This document shows positions 53,458-63,016 of a stretch of DNA of 64,000 nt, in pieces. Under the pieces are notes generated by a model. It worked only from the letters and a program-made list of their open reading frames with translations, did not search any database and was not told the DNA's origin. The position numbers were made by a program, and so were the translations under genes. The stretch is from Thermoanaerobaculia bacterium (lineage in GTDB: Bacteria > Acidobacteriota > Thermoanaerobaculia > UBA5066): assembly GCA_963816185.1 (NCBI GenBank), contig CAWFJJ010000005.1, positions 192,001 through 256,000 of the forward strand, written 5' to 3'. Position 1 is the stretch's first letter. Every line of letters starts with the position of its first letter.

Positions 53458-56211
53458 ATGAAGAGACTCGCCGTCGTTCTCGCCCTGCTCCTCCCGGCGG
53501 CCGGTCTGGCTCAGCTCCCGCCGGTCATCAAGTACACCATCCCAGGCGTCGTGAATGCTGGCGGCCTGAACAACACCCGATTCGTGTCCGATCTCGCACT
53601 CACGAACCCGGGCTCGTCTTCGGCAAACCTGCTCCTTTCGTTCGTGCCGGAAGAAGACCTCGACGATCTCGAGGTCAGCCTGTCCGGGGGGAAGACGATC
53701 GTGTGGCGAAACGTCCTCCAGCAGCTCTGGGGCGGTGCCGAGACCGCCGGCGCGGTCGTCGTCAGGTCCGACCAGCCGCTCCTCGTCCGGGCGCGGACCT
53801 ACAACACGGCCGCGGGCGGCACCTACGGCGTCGCGCTGCCCGTCTACGATTCGGACCGCTTCATCTCGCCGGGAGCGGGCGCGCACAGCCTCTGGGTGAG
53901 CCAGAGCGCCGACTCGAAGGCCGGCTACCGGACGAACATCGCCGTTCTCTTCCCCGACGCCGACGGTGGCGCAGCGACCGTGATCGTGTTCGACGCCGAC
54001 GGCAGGTCCCTGGGCCAGCAGGACTATTCGCTGTCTTCGGCCGGATTCCAGCAGTTCGGCGTCGGGAGCTTCGCGGGCGCCGCGCCGGTCGCGCGGGCCG
54101 AGATCCAGGTGGGCCGCGGGCACGCCGCCGGCTACTCCGTCGTCGTGGACAACGTCACGGGCGACAGCTCGCTCTTCACGTTCGAGCCGCTCCCGGCCGG
54201 GGCACAGGACGTCCTCGTCAACGGTGTGGCGCGTGCGAACGGACGCAACAGCACGTTCTTTCGGACAGACGGGCGCTTCTTCAACCCGGGCGAGACCGAC
54301 GCGACGGTGACGGTCACGTTTCACGCGAACCAGACCAGCAACCCCTCGCCGGTCACGCGCGACTTCGTCATTCCCGCAGGGAAGATCCGGGACATCGTCG
54401 ACGTCCTCGACTCCCTGCTGGGCCTGCCGGTGGGCTCGGCCGGGGCCTTGCGGTTCACGTCCGACTCCGCGGTCGCGATCCTCTGCCGGACGAGCAATGT
54501 CGATCCGGCGGGCGTCAAGCCGGGCACCTTCGGCGCGCAGCAGAAGCCCACGCCGGTTCTCTCGTTCCTGATGTCGGCCGACACGGGGGCGGTCGTCACG
54601 GGCATTCGTCAGAACGCGACGTTCCGGACGAACATCGGCTTTGCCGCGGGCGCGGACGGTGCCATGTACTCCCTGACACTCAAGCATCCGTCTGGTGCGA
54701 CGGTCGCCACCGCGTCCGGCTCTCTCGGAGCCTTCGGCTGGATGCAGCCGAACGTCGCGGACCTCTTCCCGGGGACGACGATTCCCGAGGACGCGACGCT
54801 TCTCGTACGGGTCACCTCCGGAAGCGTCGACGTGTTCGATTCCTCGATCGACAACGCCTCCGGAGACCCGGTCGTCACTCCGATCGTGCCTCTGCCCGCG
54901 GACATCCCTTCCGCAGCGACGATAGGGCCTGAAGGGGGGAGCGTGAGATCCGACGATGGCCGGCTGACCGTCAAGGTCCCCGCCGGGGCGCTCTCCTCGT
55001 CGGCGAGCGTCGGTCTCCAGACCGCTCCGAACACCGCGCCCAATGGTGTCGGGTCCGGGTACTCGCTTACCGTCGGCGGCGCGTCCTTCGCGAAGGCACC
55101 GCTCGCGTCCCTCCGCTACAGCGCCAGAGACCTCGTCGGCAGCGGCCCGGAACACCTCATGCTGGCCTATCAGTCGGCAGGCACGCTCTACGCTCTAAGA
55201 GGCTCGACCCGCGACACGTCGACGCGGACGCTCTGGACTCCTCTGCTCGGTGCTCCCTTCGGAGCGAAATCGACGCTCTCGAAAGGATCGAGGGAGACCC
55301 TGACGAAGGACTCGGGAGCGGCTATCGCCCCGATCCTGGACTTCACGATCACTCCGGGGAAGGCCGGAGTGCTCAGCGGGAGGTCCGTCCAATTCAAGTT
55401 GACGGGGACCCATGTTCTCAGCGATGGGACGCTCGCACCCGTGGACTTGACGACCGGCACCACGTGGGAGCTTCAACCTTCGGGAGCGCCGGGGAATCTT
55501 CTCGCCCTTGGTGATACTGCAACGTACGTGGCACCTCAGGCGGTGAGCTGTGTGCAGCCCCTCAAGGTGGTCTTCCACCGCAACATCGATGGGATGAACT
55601 ACGTCGGCTGGGCCGAGATCACCCTCCTTCCGCGCGTGTGGGAGCTTCTCGCGAGCGCGGTGGTGAGGGCCGACCATTGCAAGGTCGCGGGTAATTCCCC
55701 GAGCTTCACATTGATGACGGACCTGATGAGAATGGAGATGACTCTGATCGAGACGGCTGATGGTTTCCAGTTCACGGAGGGAATACAGGCATCGATCGTC
55801 AGCAAAGGATCGTATGCATCGGATTTCCTCTGTCCGTCGAAAGGCTGCGCAAATTTCTGGAAGGCTGAACCGAAGACCGACTTGAATTTCTATGGCGGAG
55901 TCCTGGCCGACGGCGGGTGGGACAACACCGCCGGCACCTTCCTTATGCGGAATTTTGGTCTGGTCCTCGGCGGCGGGATACAGTATGAATGGGGTTATTG
56001 TCAGGGGGGCTTTGGGAGGGGAATGCTGCCGGGGATGGGCGGCCTGGAAAATTTGGGAGTCAGCTTCTCTCCTCCCGACCCGAATGGCGACTGCAAGACG
56101 GAAATGAAGCTTACGTGGCAGGACTATCGGGATTTGCTAGGTGTGCCCGTCACGAAGAAGGACGTGTACTACGGGACCGAATACCTCCTAGTTCTGGAAC
56201 CGAGCGATTGA
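53458..56211 (+). CDS. Large secreted multidomain protein (repeated beta-rich modules, ZU5-like segment, divergent C-terminus)
   Basis: Signal peptide; duplicated module ('FVSDLALTNPG'/'FRTDGRFFNPG', 'YRTNI'/'FRTNI', 'VVDNVTGD'/'IDNASGD'); 'IGPEGGSVRSDDGRLTVKVPAGAL'. Confidence 0.75.
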   Translation: MKRLAVVLALLLPAAGLAQLPPVIKYTIPGVVNAGGLNNTRFVSDLALTNPGSSSANLLLSFVPEEDLDDLEVSLSGGKTIVWRNVLQQLWGGAETAGAVVVRSDQPLLVRARTYNTAAGGTYGVALPVYDSDRFISPGAGAHSLWVSQSADSKAGYRTNIAVLFPDADGGAATVIVFDADGRSLGQQDYSLSSAGFQQFGVGSFAGAAPVARAEIQVGRGHAAGYSVVVDNVTGDSSLFTFEPLPAGAQDVLVNGVARANGRNSTFFRTDGRFFNPGETDATVTVTFHANQTSNPSPVTRDFVIPAGKIRDIVDVLDSLLGLPVGSAGALRFTSDSAVAILCRTSNVDPAGVKPGTFGAQQKPTPVLSFLMSADTGAVVTGIRQNATFRTNIGFAAGADGAMYSLTLKHPSGATVATASGSLGAFGWMQPNVADLFPGTTIPEDATLLVRVTSGSVDVFDSSIDNASGDPVVTPIVPLPADIPSAATIGPEGGSVRSDDGRLTVKVPAGALSSSASVGLQTAPNTAPNGVGSGYSLTVGGASFAKAPLASLRYSARDLVGSGPEHLMLAYQSAGTLYALRGSTRDTSTRTLWTPLLGAPFGAKSTLSKGSRETLTKDSGAAIAPILDFTITPGKAGVLSGRSVQFKLTGTHVLSDGTLAPVDLTTGTTWELQPSGAPGNLLALGDTATYVAPQAVSCVQPLKVVFHRNIDGMNYVGWAEITLLPRVWELLASAVVRADHCKVAGNSPSFTLMTDLMRMEMTLIETADGFQFTEGIQASIVSKGSYASDFLCPSKGCANFWKAEPKTDLNFYGGVLADGGWDNTAGTFLMRNFGLVLGGGIQYEWGYCQGGFGRGMLPGMGGLENLGVSFSPPDPNGDCKTEMKLTWQDYRDLLGVPVTKKDVYYGTEYLLVLEPSD

Positions 56212-56238
56212 CTTCGGCCTGGCGAGGGATCCCGCCCC

Positions 56239-57323
56239 TCACGCCAGCAGCCGAAAGGCGAGCGCGGCCACGAGGCCGGCCACCGGCAGCGTGACGACCC
56301 ACGCGAGAAGCATCTCCCGCACGGTTCGCCAATGGACCTTGCTTTCTCTCGACTCGGCGCCGATCCCGATGATCGCGCCCGAAGACACGTGGGTCGTCGA
56401 GACGGGGACGGCCCAGAGCGAGGCGGCGCTCACGAGCGCCGAGGTCGTGAGGTTCGCGAGCAGCCCGTCGTCGTGCGAGATCCGTGTCACTTTCCTCGCG
56501 AGCGTCTCCGTGACGCGGAAGCCGCCGAGGACGCTGCCGAGACTCATCGCCACGGCGACGAGCGCGTAGAAACCGAAGGAGGAGATGCCGAGTCCCGCCG
56601 TCGCCGGCGATGCCGAGAGCGAGGATCTTCGGCGTGTCGTTGAGGCCGCGGAAGAAGCATGTCGCGCCCGCAGAGGTCCAGTGCAGGGAGTCGAGGAGCC
56701 CTACGCGGACGAGCGTCTCGGGCGGGCAGTCGGAAGCCGCTACCAGGTCCAGGGCGGGCAAGGGAGACGACGAGCGCGGCGCCGACCGAGGCCGGAAGCG
56801 GCTCGCGCCGCTCGACGCAGACGCAGAATGGGTGCGCGCGGCGAAAGACCGGCAGGGCGACGGGCGCGAGAAGGAGCACGAGCGCCAGGGAGATCACGGG
56901 CGAGAGCGCGAGCGGGAGCACGACCTTTCTCGCGACGGCTGCCCACGCGACGCCCGAAGCGCCCACGACGGCGAGGCCCGCGCCGCAAAGGGCGCCGGTC
57001 AGCGCGTGCGTCGTCGAGACGGGAAGCCCCGTGCGGTTCGCGATCAGAAGCCACGCGATCGCGCCGCACGCGACCGAGAGGAGGAACGCGTTTCCCTCGA
57101 ACGGCTTCACGAGGAAGCCCTTGCCGCTGAACGTCGCGACGAGCCCCTGGGAAAGGAACGCGGCCGCGAGGCCTCCCGCGAAGGTCCACGCGGTGCCCCA
57201 AATCACCGCGGCTTGGTACCGCGTCGTGCCCGAGCCGACGAGCGTGGCGATACCCTTCGACACGTCGTTCGCGCCGTTCGCGAACGCGAGACCGAGCGTC
57301 AGGAGCACGAGGACGAGGCCCAT
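56239..57323 (-). CDS. PiT family inorganic phosphate/oxyanion transporter, two apparent frameshifts (about 56755 and 56600)
   Basis: 'NGANDVSKGIATL', 'LPVSTTHAL', 'GLNDTPK', 'PVSTTHV', 'AWVVTLP'; TGATG-coupled to the upstream gene. Confidence 0.88.
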
Positions 57324-59821
57324 CAGCAACAGCCCGTCCCGTCGGTGCCCGGTGCGCAGCACGCATAGCCGGCGCGCTCCTCGCCCGGCTCGAGGATCGC
57401 GAAGAATCCTTTGTACGGGGGATGCGAGAGCTTCGCGACGGTGTCGGTGCACACTTCGTAGGCCTCGTTGCGGGGGAACTGGTGGCCCTCCTCGTCGACG
57501 AACGCCTTGCCCGGCCCGAGGTAAACGGCCCGGTGGCCCTTGAAGACGCAGCCCGAGGTCTTCTCGAACTTGAACCCGCGCACCGTGACTGAAAAGAACG
57601 GATAACCCTCGACGTCCTTCCAGTAGCTCTTCTTCAGGATCTCGAGGCCGTAGAAGCCGGCTCGTTCGAGGCCCGCGAGGAAGCCCTCCTGCGTGAGCGC
57701 GCCGACGAGGCACTCTCCCCAGAGCCGCGGGTTCGTCTTGAGGTGCGGAGGCACGTCCGTCTCCGAGACGATGTCCGAGATCACGATGCGACCGTGATCC
57801 TTCAGGACGCGCCAGATCTCTTCGAACACGCGCGGCTTGTCGGGCGAAAGGTTCACGACGCAGTTCGAGGTGACGAGGTCGACCGTCTTCGATTCCACCG
57901 GAATCTCCTCGAGGAATCCTTCGCGGAACTCGACGACGTCGTACCCGAGCGCCGCGGCAACCTTCGGCTTGTTCTCGTGCGCGACCGACAACATCCGATC
58001 CGTCATGTCGACGCCGATCGCCTTGCCAGTCTTGCCGACGAGTTTCGCCGCGATGAAGACGTCGATGCCGGCCCCGGAGCCGAGGTCGACGACGGTCTCG
58101 CCTTCCCTGATGAGAGCCGTCGTCATGGGCGAGCCGCAGCCGTAGAAGCGGTCGAGGACGTCCTTCGGGATGTGGGAGACGGCGGAGTCGTCGTACTTCG
58201 TCGGGCAGCACAGCTCGGGCTGCGGCGTCTCGGCGGCGGCGCCGTAGAACTCGCGCATCTTCGCGCGCGGCTTGTCGACGTCGAACGAGAGGACGCAGTT
58301 GGAGTGGAGCGTGAGGACGGGTTCCTCGGCGAGCGCCCCGTCGGCGGTTCCGCAGGCGATGGCGCCTTCCCCCATCGCGTGGAGGACGAGCGGCGCGTCG
58401 TACCCGGAGCGCGCGTTCTTTCGCGCGCGCTTCTCGCGGCCGAGCGCCGTCATGACTCTCTTCGTGAGCGCGACGGAAATCGGGTAGTACGGATCGGCAC
58501 CGAGGAAGTCGCCGCCGGAGAAACACCAGGCGTGCTCGAGGTCCCCGCCCCCCGTGAAGAAGCGGAAGGGGTCGGCACTCGCCGCGGGCTTTCGCGCGAG
58601 CGTCGCGCCACGGAGCGTCCGGATGACCGGCGACGTCTCGAGGATTTCCGCGAGGTCCTGCCGCGTCGCGTCGCCGCAGACGAGCGCGGGCTCGTTTGCG
58701 AGAGCCGCCGTCGGGTAGACCACACCGTCCGCGTAGACGCAGATCGAGTCCCAGCCCGCGTTCCCGAGGTCGTACTTGACGCCCGGGACGCCGTTCACAC
58801 GCCGCTTGATCGCCTCGAGGTTGTCGAGCGTCGTTCCCTCGCGTCCCGCGGCGTCCGCGACGGCGAGGACGGCCTTGAGAAGCACGAGGTTCTCGGGGAA
58901 GAAGCCGTTCGCGCTCTCGGCCGCGCGGCCTCGTCTGTGACTCCACATGAGATGCTGGCTCTTCGCACCGACTCGCTTGACGAGAGCCGGGATCTCGGCG
59001 AGCTCGGAAAGGTTCGCTTCGGTCGGGACCGTCGTCAGCGAGACGTCGAAACCCAGATCCGCGAGAAGCTTCGCGCCGTCGAGCGCCTTCACGAAGGTGC
59101 CCGCCCCGCGGACCTCGTCGTTCGTCTCGGGGCTGGCCCCGTCGATCGAAACCTGAAACTTCACGCGGGAGCGGTCGAGGGATTCGAGGCCTTTCTTCGC
59201 GGCGCCCGAAAAGACGGTCGCGTTCGTGAGGATGATCATCTCGGCGCCGTGCGTTCGGGTCGCGCGGTTCGCGAGGTCGAAAAGGTCCCTTCTCAGGAAC
59301 GGCTCGCCGCCCGTGACGTAGAGGCGCTCCATTCCGAGCTGCACCGCGCGGTCGACGAGCCGCACGAGGGCCTCGGGGTCGCTGCCCCGCGAGCCGTCCG
59401 GGCCCGACGAGACGAGGCAGTGCGTGCACGTGAGGTTGCACGCGTTGTTGATGTGCAGCCACAGCTCGCGGAGCCCGGCCGGCTCGATGAGAGCGGCGCG
59501 GCCGGGGTAGGGCTCGCGGACGAACGGGGCGTCCGACAGCAGACCGGCGCGATCGAGGGCGCGGAGGAAGTCGTGCACCTGGAGCCACGCCTTTCCCGCT
59601 TCGAGCTGACGGTCGAAGGCCCATCGTGCGACACAGGTTCCGAATGCGAGAGGTGCGCCGGTCTCCTCGGCCGCGCGGATCGCACGAAGCAGCTCTCCGC
59701 CGCGGGCGTCGACGGCAATCCAGTTGGGCGCCTCGTGGTCGACGGCGTAGAGGATGTCGTCTTCCGTGAACGTGTAGAGCGCGGGGACGTGGAGCGGAGT
59801 CCGCTCCTGAAGAACGGTCAT
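57323..59821 (-). CDS. Fusion: RRE/PqqD-like N-terminus, radical SAM, Cys-less SPASM-like region, ArsM/AS3MT-like methyltransferase
   Basis: 'CNLTCTHC', 'TGGEPFL', 'VSIDG'; then 'LCCP', 'FYGCGSP', 'DLGSGAGID', 'SNCVVNL', 'WGECLVGA', tail 'CCAPGTDGTGCC'; one continuous frame; RBS AGGAGG. Confidence 0.9.
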   Translation of the reverse strand: MTVLQERTPLHVPALYTFTEDDILYAVDHEAPNWIAVDARGGELLRAIRAAEETGAPLAFGTCVARWAFDRQLEAGKAWLQVHDFLRALDRAGLLSDAPFVREPYPGRAALIEPAGLRELWLHINNACNLTCTHCLVSSGPDGSRGSDPEALVRLVDRAVQLGMERLYVTGGEPFLRRDLFDLANRATRTHGAEMIILTNATVFSGAAKKGLESLDRSRVKFQVSIDGASPETNDEVRGAGTFVKALDGAKLLADLGFDVSLTTVPTEANLSELAEIPALVKRVGAKSQHLMWSHRRGRAAESANGFFPENLVLLKAVLAVADAAGREGTTLDNLEAIKRRVNGVPGVKYDLGNAGWDSICVYADGVVYPTAALANEPALVCGDATRQDLAEILETSPVIRTLRGATLARKPAASADPFRFFTGGGDLEHAWCFSGGDFLGADPYYPISVALTKRVMTALGREKRARKNARSGYDAPLVLHAMGEGAIACGTADGALAEEPVLTLHSNCVLSFDVDKPRAKMREFYGAAAETPQPELCCPTKYDDSAVSHIPKDVLDRFYGCGSPMTTALIREGETVVDLGSGAGIDVFIAAKLVGKTGKAIGVDMTDRMLSVAHENKPKVAAALGYDVVEFREGFLEEIPVESKTVDLVTSNCVVNLSPDKPRVFEEIWRVLKDHGRIVISDIVSETDVPPHLKTNPRLWGECLVGALTQEGFLAGLERAGFYGLEILKKSYWKDVEGYPFFSVTVRGFKFEKTSGCVFKGHRAVYLGPGKAFVDEEGHQFPRNEAYEVCTDTVAKLSHPPYKGFFAILEPGEERAGYACCAPGTDGTGCC

Positions 59822-59866
59822 CGCCAACCTCCTGGAATTTCGGGTCCCGGGCCGCGGGGAAAGGCG

Positions 59867-60559
59867 TCAGACGGCGGTCGCGGCGGGAGGCGCGCGAGCT
59901 GGCGAGACCGGGCGGGGCGCGTGCGTTCGCGCCAGGCGAACGCGCGCAGGAGCTTCCGGGACCGGGCGCAGCGAGTCGAGAAGCGCTGCGAGCTCTGGGT
60001 CGAGGCTCGGCTCCGACGCGAGGAAGGCGAGGTCGGACGGGCTGTCGACGTCTGCAAGCACGTCCAGAAGAGCCGCGTCGGGAGCGTTACGAACGAGAGC
60101 CGAAAAAACGTCCGCCGTTCGCCACGTCACCTTGTCGAACAGCTCCGAGAGGTTCGTCCCCACCCGAGACCCGATCAGCCAGACGCCGCCGTCCGGCGAC
60201 GGGCCGAGAACGACGTCCCGCGTCTCGAGAGCGTGGAAAGCGGCGGAGAGCTGCGTCCCGGAGAGGCCGGGCACGTCTCCGGGGACGGCGACGATCTCGG
60301 CGTAGCCCGCGGCACGCGCGTCCTCGAACGCGTTCCTCAGTCGCTCGCCGAATCCAAGGCCGCGCTGCGGCAGAATCCGCGCCGCTTCCGGCGCCGAGGC
60401 GGCGCTCGCGCAAATCAGGTCGACGCCGAGAGCTCGTGCCGCTGCGGCCACGCGCTGGATCGAGAACGCGAACAGCAGGCCGCCCCCCGGCATGCTCTTC
60501 ACGGCCCCCTCCTGGAGAGGTGATCTCGAGAACAGCAGGATGCAGCGGGACCCTCTCAC
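59867..60559 (-). CDS. DUF2064 / TIGR04282-like transferase (CofC-like; arsenosugar-cluster-associated family)
   Basis: 'QRGLGFGERL', 'GDVP', 'VVLGPSPDGGVWLIG', 'DVDSPSDL'. Confidence 0.88.
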   Translation of the reverse strand: MRGSRCILLFSRSPLQEGAVKSMPGGGLLFAFSIQRVAAAARALGVDLICASAASAPEAARILPQRGLGFGERLRNAFEDARAAGYAEIVAVPGDVPGLSGTQLSAAFHALETRDVVLGPSPDGGVWLIGSRVGTNLSELFDKVTWRTADVFSALVRNAPDAALLDVLADVDSPSDLAFLASEPSLDPELAALLDSLRPVPEAPARVRLARTHAPRPVSPARAPPAATAV

Positions 60560-60712
60560 GTGCCTGACTTCTGAATGCTAATACGGCCCGCCGACATTCC
60601 CCGGATCCGCTTCCGGAGAACGTTTTGTGGATTCTGAAACCTTTTCGGGCTGTTTGCGTCTTCTTACTTGAAGCGTGGCCCCCGGGGGCGGAAAAAGGTG
60701 AACGAGGGGATC

Positions 60713-60979
60713 ATGGAATCGGCCGTAGAACTTCACGAGGCGAGAGTCCTGAGGGCAGGAATCGAAATGCGAGAGGCGGAATTGGCTTCCCTTCGCGGCG
60801 ATGCTCCCTCGGCCGACGGCGCGCGGCGCGCCGAAGAGGTCACGAGAGAGATCGAGCGCCTCAAGGACGACTATCGCCGGGTCCTTGCGCGCCAGGCCGA
60901 CGAGGACTATTGCCGCCGCCGCACGGAATGGCGCGCCCAGCAGGGCGGCCGCGGCCGGCGCACCAGCGCCTGCGCCTGA
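60713..60979 (+). CDS. Small coiled-coil hypothetical protein
   Basis: RBS GAGGGG, 88 codons, charged helical composition. Confidence 0.5.
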   Translation: MESAVELHEARVLRAGIEMREAELASLRGDAPSADGARRAEEVTREIERLKDDYRRVLARQADEDYCRRRTEWRAQQGGRGRRTSACA

Positions 60980-60983
60980 CGCG

Positions 60984-61442
60984 CTACTTCCTCGAGATGT
61001 CGAAGCTGATCTTGATCGTCCTTGCGACCTTGTAGTCGTTCGTGACCATCTTCACGAACATCATGTTCGTGTCGTCGAGCTTGCCCTTGTCGAGCGTGGC
61101 CGTGCGGTCGTTCTCCCCGAAGGGCTTGCCGTCCCTGCCACCGGGAATGGTGACGACGTACTTGCACTTGTAATCCTTGTCACGGTCCCGGTTCGAGTAG
61201 TGAAACTCCACCACCATCGTGTGCGTGTCTTTCAGGTCCTTCTCGGCCTTGTGGAAGTCGTCCGAGTCCGGCCAGTGCCGGATGCGGAAGGAATCGATCG
61301 TGACGTCGCCGACCTTGATTCCGACCTTGATGTCCTTGTCGCCCGTGAAGGGATAGCTGCGCTCGAATTTTCCCGTCTGGGCGTAACCCGGCGAGGGCAG
61401 TAGGAGCGCTGCGGCGAGAGCGGCGAGGCCGAACCGGTTCAT
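60984..61442 (-). CDS. Secreted hypothetical protein (paralog of 20429-20902)
   Basis: Signal peptide; RBS GGAGG; 'RTATLDKGKLDDT'. Confidence 0.78.
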   Translation of the reverse strand: MNRFGLAALAAALLLPSPGYAQTGKFERSYPFTGDKDIKVGIKVGDVTIDSFRIRHWPDSDDFHKAEKDLKDTHTMVVEFHYSNRDRDKDYKCKYVVTIPGGRDGKPFGENDRTATLDKGKLDDTNMMFVKMVTNDYKVARTIKISFDISRK

Positions 61443-61466
61443 GAGGGACCTCCGTGGGCGCGGATC

Positions 61467-62378
61467 TTAGCGCCCGCCGCCGAGGGATTCGTAGACCGTG
61501 AGGAGCGCCTGGGTGCCGTCCTCGGAGCGGCCTGAGGCCTCGAGCGCCGCCAGGAGCTGATGGACGAGAGCCGTGCCGGGGAGGGGGATCCCCCGTGCGC
61601 GGGCCGACTTCAGGACGATCGCGAGGTCCTTCTGCTGGTGCTTGACCGCGAAGGCGGGCTTGAAATCGCGGTCGATCATCTTCTTTCCGAGGACCTCGAG
61701 CGCCCAGGAGTTGGCGGCGCCCGAAGTGAGAGCTTCGTGGAGCTTCGCCAGAGGAAGGCCGCTCTTCGCGGCGAAGGCGAGTGCCTCCGAGACTCCCATG
61801 AGGTTGTTCGCCACAAGGATCTGGTTCGCCGCCTTGCCGAGCTGGCCGGCGCCCGAGGGTCCGAGCGCCGTCAGGCGGCGGCCCATCGCCTCGAAAACGG
61901 GCCGCGCCTTCTCGAGCGCCGCGACGTCTCCGCCGACGAAGAACGTGAGAGTCCCCTCGATCGCGCCCTTTTGTCCGCCCGACACCGGCGCATCCAGGAA
62001 GGGGATGCCTTTTTCCAGGAGCCGCGCCGCGATCGCGCGCGCGGCCTCTGCGGCGATCGTCGAGCAGTCGACGGCGATCGCGCCCTTTCGCGCGCCTTGA
62101 GCGGTGCCGGACGTGCCGAGGTGGACGTCCTCGACCTCGGGCGCATCCGGGACGCACGAGACGATGACGTCGGCGCCCTCCGCGGCGGCGGCCGGTGTTT
62201 CCGCGGCACGCGCCTCGTGCCCCTCCGCCGAGAGAGCGCGCGCGAACGCTTCCGCTTTCCCGGGAGTCCGCGTCGCGACGGCGAGCGGGAAGCCGGCCTT
62301 CGCGAGGTTCCGGGCCATGCCCTGGCCCATCGTGCCGAGTCCGATGAAGGCGACGTGCAAACGAGAGGGTTCACTCAT
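61467..62378 (-). CDS. NAD-dependent beta-hydroxyacid dehydrogenase (GarR/MmsB family)
   Basis: 'FIGLGTMG', 'DAPVSGG', 'KAANQ', 'KDL'. Confidence 0.93.
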   Translation of the reverse strand: MSEPSRLHVAFIGLGTMGQGMARNLAKAGFPLAVATRTPGKAEAFARALSAEGHEARAAETPAAAAEGADVIVSCVPDAPEVEDVHLGTSGTAQGARKGAIAVDCSTIAAEAARAIAARLLEKGIPFLDAPVSGGQKGAIEGTLTFFVGGDVAALEKARPVFEAMGRRLTALGPSGAGQLGKAANQILVANNLMGVSEALAFAAKSGLPLAKLHEALTSGAANSWALEVLGKKMIDRDFKPAFAVKHQQKDLAIVLKSARARGIPLPGTALVHQLLAALEASGRSEDGTQALLTVYESLGGGR

Positions 62379-62414
62379 GGTGGAAATGAGTTTAGTTCCT
62401 GCTACCATTTCCCC

Positions 62415-62999
62415 GTGAAGCCGGGAGTCGACGCGATACACGCGGCCGGGGCGGCTGCGGTCCTCGCGGTGGTGTCGCTCGCTCACCTCCCCGTTGCCCG
62501 ATTCCTGCACTACCTTTCATTCTCAGGCGACGTGGACGTGGGGCGCCTCTTGTGGTTCGCGCCTGCCGCGGTCCTCGGTGCGTTTCTGTTCGAGCGCATC
62601 GTCCGGGGTACGTTCTACGGCTGGCTCCGGAAGAAGCTCCCGGCCGGAATGGCCGCGCCCGTCGTCGCCGCGGTCGGCGCGGTGCCGGTCGCGGCGCTTC
62701 GACTGTGGCTGGCCCCGCGTTTCGAGGCTCCGCCGCTCCTCGCGATGGTGCACGCCTATCTCGTCGCGTTCGCTCTCGGGCTCGGCCTCGCGTGGCTCGC
62801 GCTCGGGACAGGCGCCACGTGGCCCGGCGGCGCCGCGCTCGCGGTGATCTGGCTCGTGAAAGGAACGGTCCCGGTCGCTTTTCACGGGCGTCCCGTCCCC
62901 GTTCTCGAGCTCCTGGCAGCGGCTCTGGGAGCCGTCGCCGTGGCGTTCGTCCTGAAGAAGCCGCTCGCCCCGCACCGCGACGCGCTGTGGGGCGCGTGA
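62415..62999 (+). CDS. Membrane protein with degenerate CPBP/Abi-like motifs
   Basis: Multi-TM; 'FERIVRG' resembles EExxFRG without the second Glu. Confidence 0.5.
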   Translation: MKPGVDAIHAAGAAAVLAVVSLAHLPVARFLHYLSFSGDVDVGRLLWFAPAAVLGAFLFERIVRGTFYGWLRKKLPAGMAAPVVAAVGAVPVAALRLWLAPRFEAPPLLAMVHAYLVAFALGLGLAWLALGTGATWPGGAALAVIWLVKGTVPVAFHGRPVPVLELLAAALGAVAVAFVLKKPLAPHRDALWGA

Positions 63000-63016
63000 G
63001 AGTGGAGGTGTCCCCG

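Noticed and set aside
57321-57331. Selenocysteine read-through at the CC-TGA end of the fusion
   Set aside because: The TGA overlaps the PiT start codon (TGATG), ordinary translational coupling; no SECIS recognised.
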